Source of the DNA: Sminthopsis crassicaudata
Lineage: Eukaryota
Direction: 5' to 3'
Assembly (NCBI RefSeq): GCF_048593235.1
Contig: NC_133623.1
Coordinates: 51,736,066-51,800,065, forward strand
Length of the DNA: 64,000 nt
The notes below the pieces were generated by a model. The model ran no database searches. It saw only the letters and a list, made by a program, of their open reading frames with translations, and was not told where the DNA came from. A program made the position numbers and the translations under genes. Below are positions 39,668 through 51,451 of this stretch, piece by piece. Every line of letters starts with the position of its first letter. Positions within the stretch are counted from its first letter, which is position 1.

Positions 39668-40433
39668 NNNNNNNNNNNNNNNNNNNNNNNNNNNNNNNNN
39701 NNNNNNNNNNNNNNNNNNNNNNNNNNNNNNNNNNNNNNNNNNNNNNNNNNNNNNNNNNNNNNNNNNNNNNNNNNNNNNNNNNNNNNNNNNNNNNNNNNNN
39801 NNNNNNNNNNNNNNNNNNNNNNNNNNNNNNNNNNNNNNNNNNNNNNNNNNNNNNNNNNNNNNNNNNNNNNNNNNNNNNNNNNNNNNNNNNNNNNNNNNNN
39901 NNNNNNNNNNNNNNNNNNNNNNNNNNNNNNNNNNNNNNNNNNNNNNNNNNNNNNNNNNNNNNNNNNNNNNNNNNNNNNNNNNNNNNNNNNNNNNNNNNNN
40001 NNNNNNNNNNNNNNNNNNNNNNNNNNNNNNNNNNNNNNNNNNNNNNNNNNNNNNNNNNNNNNNNNNNNNNNNNNNNNNNNNNNNNNNNNNNNNNNNNNNN
40101 NNNNNNNNNNNNNNNNNNNNNNNNNNNNNNNNNNNNNNNNNNNNNNNNNNNNNNNNNNNNNNNNNNNNNNNNNNNNNNNNNNNNNNNNNNNNNNNNNNNN
40201 NNNNNNNNNNNNNNNNNNNNNNNNNNNNNNNNNNNNNNNNNNNNNNNNNNNNNNNNNNNNNNNNNNNNNNNNNNNNNNNNNNNNNNNNNNNNNNNNNNNN
40301 NNNNNNNNNNNNNNNNNNNNNNNNNNNNNNNNNNNNNNNNNNNNNNNNNNNNNNNNNNNNNNNNNNNNNNNNNNNNNNNNNNNNNNNNNNNNNNNNNNNN
40401 NNNNNNNNNNNNNNNNNNNNNNNNNNNNNNNNN
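39668..40433. other. Assembly gap
   Basis: Run of N. Confidence 1.
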
Positions 40434-42509
40434 CTTGTCCAGGGTTACATGGCTAGTGAGGCTAGATTAAAACTCAGGTCCTCTTGAATTCAGGACTAGT
40501 GCTATCCAATGAGCCACCAAGTTATTCCTAATGTTGTTTTTTTTCTTCCTAATCTTGAAATTCTTTACTTTCCCCTCCACAAACATGATTTCTCTTAGTT
40601 TTTAGCATAACTTCAGTAAACCCTTTTTAACTCCTTGGAGTTAGGTTTTTTCTTTTTGAACTCTTCACCCTGCTCAATCTCTGAGTCATCTCCCTCACTG
40701 AGGAGTAGGATGGAAGGGACAAACCTTTTCAAAAAGCTGCAGATATGCATATTATCTCTGTTGTAGATGCTGGCAGCACAGTGAAGTGTTAGCCATTCAA
40801 AAGAGTGACTCAGTCTTTTGTATTAACATGTTCATTGTTTTTTTTTTTTTTAAATGAAAATTGAGAGTGAGTCACACAAAGTAATATTGCTGCCCATAGT
40901 GCAATTAGATTTTAGTGTTATTACTGGTTTGTTTACAAATCACAACTTTATTATTAATTAACTTGTAGCTTAATGAAGATTAAGAAAATAACATTCCCCG
41001 TTAGAACTGTAAGAGAACACTATTTCTTATTTTACTGGTATAGTTTTGTGTTAACTTTCTTCAGTTTGCTAGGGTTCACAATGAATCCTAAGCATTAACT
41101 TGTTTAGCAGTTCATTGCACAAAGAGTTTTTTTTTTTTTTTTTTTATAAACTATCTGCTTGTTCGGGGATGGATTTTCCTTGCAGTTTTCCTCTAGAAAA
41201 TTGGAAGTCAGATTTAAAATCCCATAATTCATTGTCACTTGGAGCTTGTTGAAGCAGTGTAGAAGGAAATTTGGGGCGGGGCAGGGGGCAATAGGGTCAT
41301 TTGTCCTATGTTCATTCTTTATATGTTACTTTTTTTTTTTCAAAAGATCACATTCTAAAGGAATTCTTAATCTGTAGTCCATGAACTTGGTTTTAAAACT
41401 ATTTTAATGATTGCATTTCAAAATGATTGATTTCCACTGTAATTTAAATATTTCATTTTATGCATTTGTAAACATTCTGAGAATGGGACTAACCTGAGGC
41501 CTCTCTCCCTGCTCTCTCTAACCAGCAGGGGGTCCAAGACAGAACAAATAAAGATCCCCTGGGCTAGATTTAAGGTGGGCAATAGGAGAGAACACAGTAA
41601 TAGTCTAATATAATAATATTAATAAACAGTATTCTTAATTAATACTTTTAATTTAATACTTTTTATTAATATAAATTAACAAACAGTAATAGTCTAATAG
41701 AATAATAGTAATATAATAGTAAATCTATTAAGATTTTGTGCTGGCTTCTTAACAAAGTTAAAAAGAAAAATCCTTTTCTTTTCCCAAGAGCATATGAATC
41801 TTTTGAGACAACTGAATGTCTAAATGATTAAGTATAGAATTTAATATTTATTGTCTCCCTGAATTTTGATGCAGCCAATTTAACTTTTCTCTGCCTCAGT
41901 TTCCTAATTTGCTAATATCCTATTTTAGATCAGACAGCTTGATTAGGAGGAATTCTTTTAAGAAGATTAGAAAGCCCTTTGAAAGGCAGCCCCTGGAGTG
42001 CTAAATGAAAAGACTGAAAGCTACTTCCAGGGTGATCAGGATGGGGAGCTGTCATTCATACAGTTAATGCTTGTTGATTTCTGTCTGAAATTTGAGGCTG
42101 GTGTTGTCATGTTGCTATGGAAGTTAGATTTAGGGTGCTCTTTGAATTTGGGAGGTTAAAATGCACCAACAGCAGTCACTTTGGGGTCTTCCCACCCATC
42201 CACTCATTTTTGGGAGGAAGGTGATCTAATATAATATGCAATAAATGTCTGTTTTTAGAATGTTCAAGTAGCAGTAGTCGAGTAGAAACACTAGAACATT
42301 TTGTCTGAGAAATGCAGGCTAGCATTGTTGGATTGGCTTTTTGCCCTTAACTACTTGTGGCTCTGGAAACAGCTGTGGCTTTTTAAGAGAGAATAGCAGT
42401 TCAGAGAAATGCTTGGTTAGCCAGTAACCTGGAAAACGCTTCAGAGAATTTCTAATTTGAGTGATTTTTTTTAAATGTAAGTGTTTTTTAAAATTCTTTT
42501 GAGACAAAG

Positions 42510-42870
42510 GAAGGGGTAGGGATGGAGGGAAGGGGGAGAAGGGAGAAAGTGGGGAGGGAAGGGGAGAGAGAAGACAGAGAAAAAGAAATAAAGAGTAGAA
42601 AGTAGAAATAGGTGGGGAGAGAAATGTAATAGAGCAGAGAAAAATGGAGATAGACAATGAGAAGAGAGGTGAGAGAGAGAGTGTGTCAGGGTGGGGAAGC
42701 AGAGGAAGAAAGAAAACAAAGGAGATAGAAAGGAAAAGAGAAAGGGGGAGAGGCAGCAAGTGAAAGAGAAGGGAAGAAAAGAGAGAAGAAGGGAGTGAGA
42801 GAAGAGGACAAAGAGAGAGTGAGAAACAAAGAGGAGGAGGGAAGGAAAGGAGGAACGAGAGGGAGAGAAC
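42510..42870. repeat. Purine-rich (G/A) low-complexity tract
   Basis: Almost only G/A on +; source of the S/L/F/P-rich minus ORFs 42319-42876. Confidence 0.9.
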
Positions 42871-43267
42871 ATTCATCTTTATTTACTAAGAACTGAAGAA
42901 CTAAACTGGGATTCTTATAAAGAGTTTTTTTACCTTCAAGTTGAGGTGCTCAGGTGCACATACTGCAGCTTTTTGCCCTCCCTCCCTCATTTGCCCTTGA
43001 CTTTCAGCCAGAACTCCTCCAGATCTTCTGTCATTCAGACTTAGGCAGGCTTTAGTGTCTAGCATTTTTAGTACATAGGAAATGTAACATGGAGTCTCTT
43101 TAATCTTGTTCAATAAGTCACTTCAAGTCTCCTGAGGCTTTCTGTGCTTCTCAGTTGAGTCTTTGAGGCTTAATGTTGGGGTAGACTATGTTAAGACTTG
43201 GGGAATTTCCATTGTTGACATTCCTGGTTCTGGGTAAGAAGCATTGTTTATGTCTTAATTTCAAGAA

Positions 43268-43269
<2 letters not shown>

Positions 43270-43307
<38 letters not shown>

Positions 43308-43365
43308 TTATCTATCTATCTATCTGTCTATGTATCTATACCATATATCTATATCTATATATGCC
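43270..43365. repeat. (CTAT)n microsatellite
   Basis: Read directly. Confidence 0.95.
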
Positions 43366-44074
43366 ATATTGGAAATCAGCATTAGCCAGCAACTGTTTTT
43401 CATTTTTCAGTTGTGTACCCTTTTTCATGACCCCATTCAGGGTTTTCTTGGAAGAGATAATGAAATGGTTTGCTGTTTTCTTCTCTGGCACATTTTACAG
43501 ATGAAGAAACTGAGGCAAACAGGGTCAAGTGACCTGCAAATCATAAGGTTATGAAGCTGGATTTGAACCCGGGAACAGGAATCATCTTGACTCCTAGCCC
43601 GATGCTCTAACTGCTATACCACCTAGCTGTCCTGTAGCTGGTGCAGAAGTTTACTAAAACATGAGAAAGAAAAAGAAGAACTTGAATTTTTACTTTTCAA
43701 AAATTGTATTTGGAGATAAAAATCTAGTTCTGATCCTCTGTGGCATGTTGTTTTCCTCCTAGCCCTGCCCCTGCCAAGCAAATAAAGTCCAAATTCTTCT
43801 GCCTGAGGTAAACATCATCTCTAGTCTAACCCCTGACCCATTTTAGAGTCATTATCTCCCATACATATCCCAGGCTACTGCTAAACTTAGTTACTTTGCT
43901 ATTAATGTGTCTCATGTTTCCCTACCTCCACAACCTTTATCTGAGCTGGGGTTTTTTCACTTCATCTCTGCTTGTCAAATTTTTGCTCATCATTTAAGGA
44001 CCAGCTCCAAAGTTTTTGTGGTTTCATTTAAATCCATTATTTTAGGCCACCTAGCAATAATATCTAGAAAGATC

Positions 44075-44700
44075 ATAACACATCTTGATGACCAAAAGGT
44101 ATAGTCTTAGATAGCCCCTATAGCTCACATCTGTTGTGATGGGAACATAGATAGTAGAGGGCACCAGGGACCAGAGTGATCATGGGAAAATCCTCTTACC
44201 AAAGAGACGATTTTTAAAAAGCCAAGCTTCTTGACATGGCTTTCTCAGCAGATTTGGCTTCCTCTATGACAGAAGAAGATGTGAACATTAAGAAAAGCCA
44301 GAAAGATGTTCATAAACGGATTGCCAAGTACGGCCCACTTTTTGCAGCTGATTCAAGAAAAAGAAAAGAAAGGCAAAGATGGTGACATGGAAATGGATAA
44401 TGAATGGGTTCCAGGTCTTAAAGAAACTGCTGAAGTTAAAAAAAATCCACTTGGAAGGAATGAATCAACTGACTCCTTGAGAGCAATTTTTAGAGGAGAA
44501 AGAGTTTGGAAAAAAAAAAGGTGACAGAAATTACCATCTGTTCCTGGAGAAGAAACCCATGAAGATGAGCTTCCTTCTGACGCTGACTTGAGTGATCCTT
44601 ACTTTGCTAAAGAGGTTGGGAAAATAGCTACAAAGGAAAAATATTCTATCTCCAAAGAAGAAAAGTCTCTGAAGAAAAGCAGCTGAGATGATGGAAAGAC
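44075..44700 (+). pseudogene. ESF1: ESF1 processed-pseudogene fragment with frameshifts and stops
   Basis: Pieced translation TSVVMGT*IVEGTRDQSDH..KLLDMAFSADLASS..KKSQKDVHKRIAKY/LQLIQEKEKKGKDGDMEMDNEWVPGLKETAE/LEGMNQLTP*EQFLEEK..EDELPSDADLSDPYFAKEV is colinear with recalled ESF1 (TSAAMGTSTVEITWDETDH..LLDMDFQAYLASS..IAKYRQLLQVIQEKEKKGKENDMEMEIKWVPGLKESAE..LTPWEQFLE..ELPSDVDLNDPYFAEEV). No introns. Ends approximate. Confidence 0.9.
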
Positions 44701-45102
44701 AATATGTGTTTGTCCAGAATATGGTGCTCCATCTACAAATGGGCATCTGCCTCGAATGTTCTCTTTCACTACCTCATTTTCCTCAGATCTTTATGTAGGA
44801 GGCCTTTCCCAACCCTGCCCATTTGTTAATGCCTTTCCTAGGAGAGTTCTACCCATTTACACTGATCTTATAGGTATCTGTTATTAGTATGGTGTATCTC
44901 CCATTAGAATATGAAGTCCTTGAGGGACAGAGGATGTTTGGGCCTTCATATTCTCAGTGCTTAACATAGTTTTTAGTACATTTGTTATTCAGTTGTTTTC
45001 CAGTCTTGTCTGCTGCTTCTTGACCCCATTTGGGGTTTTCTTGGCAGAGATACTAAAGTGGTTTGCCATTCCTTCTCCTCATTTTACAGATGAGGAAACT
45101 GA

Positions 45103-45440
45103 TCCCAGTAGCAACACTGCTGGGTCAAAGGGTATGCACAGTTTGATAACTTTTTGAGCATAGTTCCAGATTGCTCTCCAGAATGAGAATGGTTGGATCT
45201 GTTCACAGTTCCACCAACAATGTATCAGCGTCCCACATCCTTTCCAACATTCGTCATTATCTTTCCCTGTCATCTTAACCAATCTGAGAGGTGTGTAGTG
45301 GTATCTCAGAGCTGTCTTAATTTGCATTTCTCTGATCAATAGTGACTTGGAGCATCTTTTCATATGACTAGAAATGGTTTTAATTTCTTCATCTGAGAAT
45401 TGTCTGTTCATATCCTTTGACCATTTATCAATTGGAGAAT
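45103..45440 (-). mobile_element. L1 ORF2 C-terminal (CCHC) internal fragment
   Basis: ORF 45079-45531: NRQFSDEEIKTISSHMKRCSKSLLIREMQIKTALRYHYTPLRL..HCWW..PFDPAVLLLG. Confidence 0.9.
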
Positions 45441-48400
45441 AAGCCCCCAAATTTTTAGCCCTTTGGGCAAGGCCTTGTGCCTGGTTGAGTATGGAAAGGT
45501 AGAGTTGGTAGAAGCTACATAGTCTATTCACTCCACAATCCAGAATCTTGTTGTTCAGTTATTTTTCAGTCATGACCTTATTCCTTGTGACCTCATTTGG
45601 GGTTTTACAAACCCCAAAGTTTGTTGGCAAAGTTACTGTAATTGTTTACCATTTCTTTCTCCAGTTCATTTTTATAGATGAGGAAACTAAGGCCGGCGTG
45701 GTTAAGTGACTTGTCCAGGGTCACACAAGCTAGTCATGTCTGAGGCTAGATATGAACTCAAGTCCTTCTGATTCTATCTAAATTAAAAGGCTCTAAAGGA
45801 CATGGAAAGGAGAAGAGTTTATGGGGAGTCAAAGCATTCTCCTAACATGTTTTTTGCATTCATTTTTATTCACTCTTTTTAATTTTAAAGGTGGGTTCAC
45901 TTGCCATATTGATATTTTCTTTTAAAAAAAAAACTGACAAAAGGCTGACGCTATAAGCCAGGCTTCTGTTTATAGAGCCATCCATTCACTTTTAGGATGG
46001 CTTAAGAGTGGGGATCAATATTGGGGTGGGTACCATTAGAAAAAGTGACATTACCTGTAATTGAAGGTCTAGGAAAGCCACCTTCATACGCATCCATCGC
46101 CTCTCCTGTTTCTCTGGTTATTTTTTTGGTACCTTGAATCATTAGTGATGACTTGAAAAAGCCCAAAGGTTAAAACTTACTGTGCAGCCTATTTATAGAC
46201 CCAGTGAAACGCTTTAACTTTGCTGTAGAGCATACTTTCCCTAAAAGTATTAGTTCTTTCTGAATCATCCATATGACTCATGAATATGTATCTGAGACAA
46301 AACCTCTCTGAAGACATCTGCCTTTACAGACATCTATTACTTATTGAAAATAATAATAGCCAGCGGAAGATAGCTTTAATGGTTTGAGAATTGGCCTTCC
46401 CTTGGACCTAAAGTCCCTGGAAACTCAAGATCACATCTCATTATCTGCTTTCCACTTGGTCCTTTTTATAACAGTTAAATTGCAAAAAACACTTTGTTTA
46501 ATTTATGTGGTTATTTTTGAGTGAGTGCATGAAAAAACTCTACGGATATTCAAATGTGCTTCTCTCAAATTCTTTATTGTTAGATAATGGTGACTCTGGA
46601 ATAAACTTGTAGCATTCGTTGTGCAATCATTTCAGTCAACTCTAATTTTTCATGACCCCTTTTGGGATTCTCTTGGCAAAGAATCTGGAATAGTTTGCCA
46701 TTTCCTTCTCTAGTTCATTTTACAGATGAGGAAACTGAGGCAAATAGGGTTAACCCGACTTACCCATGCTCACATAGCTAGTGTCTGAGATCAGATTTGA
46801 AATCCTGAAAATAAGTCTTCCTGATTCCAAGTCCAATAGTGTATCCACTGCATTTTGTCTTTGGGCTATGAGTTCATATTTTTAAACATAACATTTATTT
46901 TTTCCCCCTCACTAATATTCTCTTTGTCCAATTACACATAAAGCTAGATTCCAAGAGACTTCATGTTTCAAATAAGTTAAAGATATATAATCCTTTTATA
47001 CATATTTCTGTACTTGTCATGCTGTACATGAAAAATCAGGCCCAAAACAGAAAAAAAAATAACAAGAATGGAAAAGTGAACAAACAAAAAAGGTGAGAAT
47101 AGTATGCCTTGATCCACATTCAATGTGCATGCTCCTCTTTTAAGAATTGCTTCTACTACTTTGTCAGTATTCTCTCAGTCTTGGAGATGGTAATCTCTCT
47201 CTAGGAGGGAATTGTAATACTAGAAGGTCCCTATCCTTCATCTACTAACAGATGACAATAAATGCAAGAGTGAAACCATCCTTGCATCTGTTTGTCACAA
47301 CTGCCCGGATCTAATGTTGTTGTGTAAAGATTTAACAATGGGATTCTTGACAGATTTGGCCACTTACAATGACTCAAAATTTATGAAATACATGGGATAA
47401 AGTTTTTAAAATACAGAGATCTAGGAGAAAATCAAACTGTGGGAAGGGATGAAGATCCTGTCATTCCTGTGATCCTGGCTACTAGGAGAGCTGTCTCAAA
47501 GGAGCTTTCCAGACTCTTGTTTTTAATTACAAAAAGGCATCTATTTTCTTCACCTGTGCAGTAATCCAGAGAACACTGGACAGAAATAAATAATAGCAGG
47601 ATAGTGGCTTGTCCTCTTTTTGTACCCTCATAAAAGATTAGAAGAATGAAGTAATAGTGATCATGATAGTTAAGACAAAAAGAACCCACATTTTCACTAC
47701 ATCTTGAGGTTTAGAAAGACCTTAGTATGGTCTTTGGTTATAATTTTACCGGGAACTTGAGCTGAGATCAGGCAGCCTCGTTGCACAGAGGTTATAGTAT
47801 GATAGATCAGAGTTCAAATCTAACCTGACGCTAGTTGTGTTTGCCTCATGTCATGGTGAGGACCAGTAAAATGAACCAGAGAAGGAAATGACAAATCATT
47901 CCAGTATCTTTGCAACAACAGCAACAAATCCTTTTATTATTATTATTTTTTATTTTATTATATATATATTTTTGCAACATAATCCCTTGTATTCATTTTT
48001 CCAAATTTTCCCCTCCCTCCCCTAGATGACAGGCAATCCCATACATATTTAATGTGTTACAGTATAACCTAGATACAATATATGTGTGGAAAACCAAATT
48101 TCTTGTAACAGTCACAAATCTTGAACCTTTTGGGTGACTAATCTTTGTGGAGCCTAAGTGTAACGTGCTGTTGTCTCCAGAAGCTGCCGATTGCTCTCTG
48201 CTGTGTCAACTCAAATCTCTCGGACAGATTTTTCTTCCTGTAGAGAGCTGACTTCCCTTCCTGCAGAGAGCAGCCTCAAGTCTCATCCAGACAAAAACTC
48301 CCCTTTTTCCTCCAGAGCTGCCCTCTTTTATCCTCCCAGAGAATGGGCGTGGGATAATGCAAGGGCTTCTGGGAAAAATTACTTCAACCAATGAACTTGC

Positions 48401-48726
48401 TCCTCCTAAGCATGCAAGCTCTTCCCCAGGAATTCAAAGGGGTTGAACTCCTAGTAAAGACCAGAACTAGAGAATTGTTAAGTACTGACTTAGCACTTAG
48501 TAAGAACCTAATATCTCATTATCTCATTAGCACTTAGTAAGAACCTAACACCTAAGGACTTCTCTGAATCATATCTGGAAATGCATTGAATTATGGAGGA
48601 AATCAATTATCTTGAAATACATTTGTTAAACAATTTAAAAGAAAACAAAACAATTTTAGGGACACCAAGGTAAAGACTTAGAGAACAGAACAATGAAAAC
48701 AGATTGTTGAAAATACTTAAACATTT

Positions 48727-48850
48727 AGGGCAGCTAGATGGTACAAGTCCTTGAGTCAAGCAGGACCTGAGTTCAAATCTAGGCTCAGACACTTAATACT
48801 TTATAGCTGTGTGACACTGACCAAGTCATTTAACCACAATTGCCTCTCCA
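48727..48850 (+). mobile_element. WSINE1-type SINE, older copy
   Basis: GGGCAGCTAGATGG..CCTGAGTTCAAATCTAGGCTCAGACACTTAATACTTTATAGCTGTGTGAC. Confidence 0.75.
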
Positions 48851-49178
48851 AAAGAAAATTAATTTTAAAAAATACTTAAGCATTTTGTTGGGTACCACTT
48901 TGGGTTTTGTGTTCGAAGAGTGAGGAGATTCTAAATGTACTCTCATTAAAAAATCAAATGCCATTTCTTACCGGAATGCCCTCCTTCCGTCTTTTTACCT
49001 ATCACATTTCCCGTCCTTTCTCAGAATCCTCACACCTGCTTCCTTGTCCATGATTTCCTCATTTAACAAGAATTTCGGTAACTCTCAAAAGCATTCATAA
49101 CGTAATAACTTGTATAATCATGATTTTGCGTTTGTGTTTTAACCCCCTATTAGGATGTGAGTGTTGTCAGGTCTAGAG

Positions 49179-49370
49179 CGGGGGTTCTTAAACTACGGTC
49201 CGTGGGCCAGATGTGGGGGGCTGAGGACTTTTATGTGGCCCGCCAGGTTATGGCAAATGGGCTGAAGAGTGGAGACAGAGTGTGAGCTTTTGTTTTTACT
49301 ATAGTCTGGCCCTCCCACAGTCTGAGGGACAGTGAACTGGCCCCCTGTTTAAAAAGTTTGAGGACCACTG
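49179..49370 (+). mobile_element. Non-autonomous hAT MITE, OC1/OposCharlie type (192 bp)
   Basis: TIRs CGGGGGTTCTTAAACT / AGTTTGAGGACCACTG; 8-bp TSD GTCTAGAG / ATCTAGAG; internal GTCTGAGGGACAGTGAACTGGCCCCCTGTTTAAAAAGTTTG is typical of OC1 ends (recalled). Confidence 0.85.
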
Positions 49371-50089
49371 ATCTAGAGTAATGGAGGATCATTGGATTTG
49401 TAAACTTGGTTTGAACCCCTGTGTCTAGTACTTGGGTGTGACTTTGGAAAAGTCACTTAAACTCTCTAGAGTATTTTCCTTATCTTGAAAAGGAATGGTG
49501 ATTTTTCAGCTTTTGATCCTATGAGCGCTCAGCACCGTGGAGTAGTAGAGTCACCGGATAAATGTTTGTTGAATGCCTGGTTGACAGAAACTACTATTCC
49601 TTTGTCCCTAAGGTAAATGAAGCAGACGGGGCTGTAACAGCCTATGTTATTTCCCAGTATGTAAGCTTGCTGTCCATTTGTAAAAATATGTTTTGTAAAT
49701 CTTTGTGACTGATAACTCTCAGTATATTCACCTCGTGGCAAGGTTCAACCACAGAATCTTAGGGCTAACGGGACTCTTCAGAGACCGTTTTGCCCAACTG
49801 ATGTCTCAGTAACAACAACAGTAAAGCAGCTAGCATGTCTAGAGTGTTTTAAGATTTGCAAAATGCTTAATGTATTATCTTATGTTCATCTTTATAACAG
49901 CTCAGGGAGGTAAGTGCTGTAATTGTCCTCATTTCACATGTGGACACTGAGACAAATGAAGTAGGTGACTAGCCCAGGATCACACGGCTGGGATGGCTCT
50001 ATGTCTTTTTTTCCAGGCCCGGTGCTCTAATCACTGATCAATCTGGCTGCTTGAATGACAACTGGTCATACAACCTCTCCTTGAAGGGG

Positions 50090-51065
50090 CTTAGAAGGGG
50101 ATCCACTCTTTGCCTAAAGCTGCCCATTTCACTAAATTAGCCCCTTTGCAACTTCCATTCATCAGGCTTGGTTTGTCCCAACAGAAAGCCTAATCTCCCT
50201 TCTCCAGGACAGCCCTTTAGATACTTGAACATGGTTGTCAAGGAGTCTTTCCTTTTGTAGCCTCAACATCTTCAATGGCTTCATCCTCTCTGCATATGAA
50301 GTCGCCATCTTGTCTACCATCTTGTGGATGCTCTGTGGCTTAGCCACATTTCTGTAAACTGGAGTCCCGAAGTGAAGCCAGTACTCCAGCTGTGGTCTGA
50401 CCAGGGCAGAGGGTCGTGTGTCTGGCACTTCCTTCATGTTAGGCACTGTCTGTCTCTTAAAAACTTTTATTGGTCCCTCTTGTTTTTTTTTTTTTTTTTT
50501 TACATCACCTTCATTTGCAAAGGTCTCCTCCTCCCCTCCCCAGAGACCCATCTTTTGTGACAAAGAGGAAACAAAAATTGGCAAAAACCAGTTCAGCAAA
50601 ATGGAGGAGTAAATCAACTTGGTCCGACGGTAGAGGCGTGTTTCACATGCACATTTTGCCTCTCGTAGCATTGCCCGGGATCTCCTCGGACTTCTCAGCT
50701 GCCATTTTACTTAGTTGACTCACATTTTGCTCACAGGCCACTCGAAACACCAGCTTATTTGCAGATGAACTCCTGTCTTGACACACCTCTCCCATCTTGT
50801 GTTTCTAACATTGATTGTTCTGGGCTTAAGTGCAAAAATTGACATTTATTCCTAATACCTTTCATCTTATTAGATGCGCCCTCACAGTGTAGCCTGTCTA
50901 GCTCTTTTATGATCTCACTCCATTATCTGCCATGTTTGCCATCTCTCCTAGCAATGTGTCATTTATTCCTTTGTCTAAGCCACTGATACAGATGTTGTCG
51001 TGCAGGGCCAAGCGCAGATCCCTGAGGCACTCCACTGGAGAGATCCTTCCAAGCTGCCATTGAGG
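50090..51065 (-). mobile_element. CR1/L3 LINE fragment
   Basis: Minus ORF 50162-50671 contains SALVRPQLEYWLHFGTP..SYAERMKPLKMLRLQKERL, matching the CR1 ORF2 pattern SALVRPHLEYCVQFWAP..YEERL. Confidence 0.8.
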
Positions 51066-51340
51066 AAGCATGTCTCATAATAATTGGGGCCATCATCTCC
51101 CATTTTAACTGTCAAAACCAGGCAGCAGGCCACAGTGGTAAAAGCACTGCATTTGGAGCCCCTTTGATCTCCCAGAAGTTACTTCATCCCCTTCCCCCTT
51201 TGTGAAATGAAGGGACTGGACTATGTGGCCTCTAAGATATCTTCCAGCCCTAAATCTGTGAAGCAGTGATATTTCCCCAATTACTCTAAGGCTGTGTCTC
51301 AGAAATGAATAGTGTTTTTAAAAAATTCTTTTTTATTTAG

Positions 51341-51451
51341 GAATTCCAAAGACGCTGCACTACCCTCATTTCTCTGATCGAAAAAGAAAACCTGGAAATT
51401 GAAGAGAAAGAAAGAGCAGAGAAAAAGAGGCGTGCATGGAAGGGATCATCG
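51341..51451 (+). CDS. SMARCA1: SMARCA1 exon, SLIDE end ([37 protein letters not shown])
   Basis: Acceptor ttttatttag|GAA, donor TCG|gtaagg; 111 nt; follows a 17.3-kb intron. Confidence 0.96.

Noticed and set aside
42319-42876. 185-aa and 133-aa minus-strand ORFs
   Set aside because: Low-complexity artefacts of the polypurine tract.
47170-47600. Stop-poor frames, including NNGILDRF..HGIKFLK resembling Tigger/pogo NGWLDRFKKRHGI, or a possible viral EVE
   Set aside because: Motif spacing is wrong (11 vs 3 residues) and nothing else matched recalled borna-, filo-, rhabdo- or parvovirus proteins; BLASTx would settle it.
48490-48548. 22-bp direct repeat TTAGCACTTAGTAAGAACCTAA around TATCTCAT x2; also the 21-bp repeat at 17605-17645
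   Set aside because: Small slippage duplications with no further structure.
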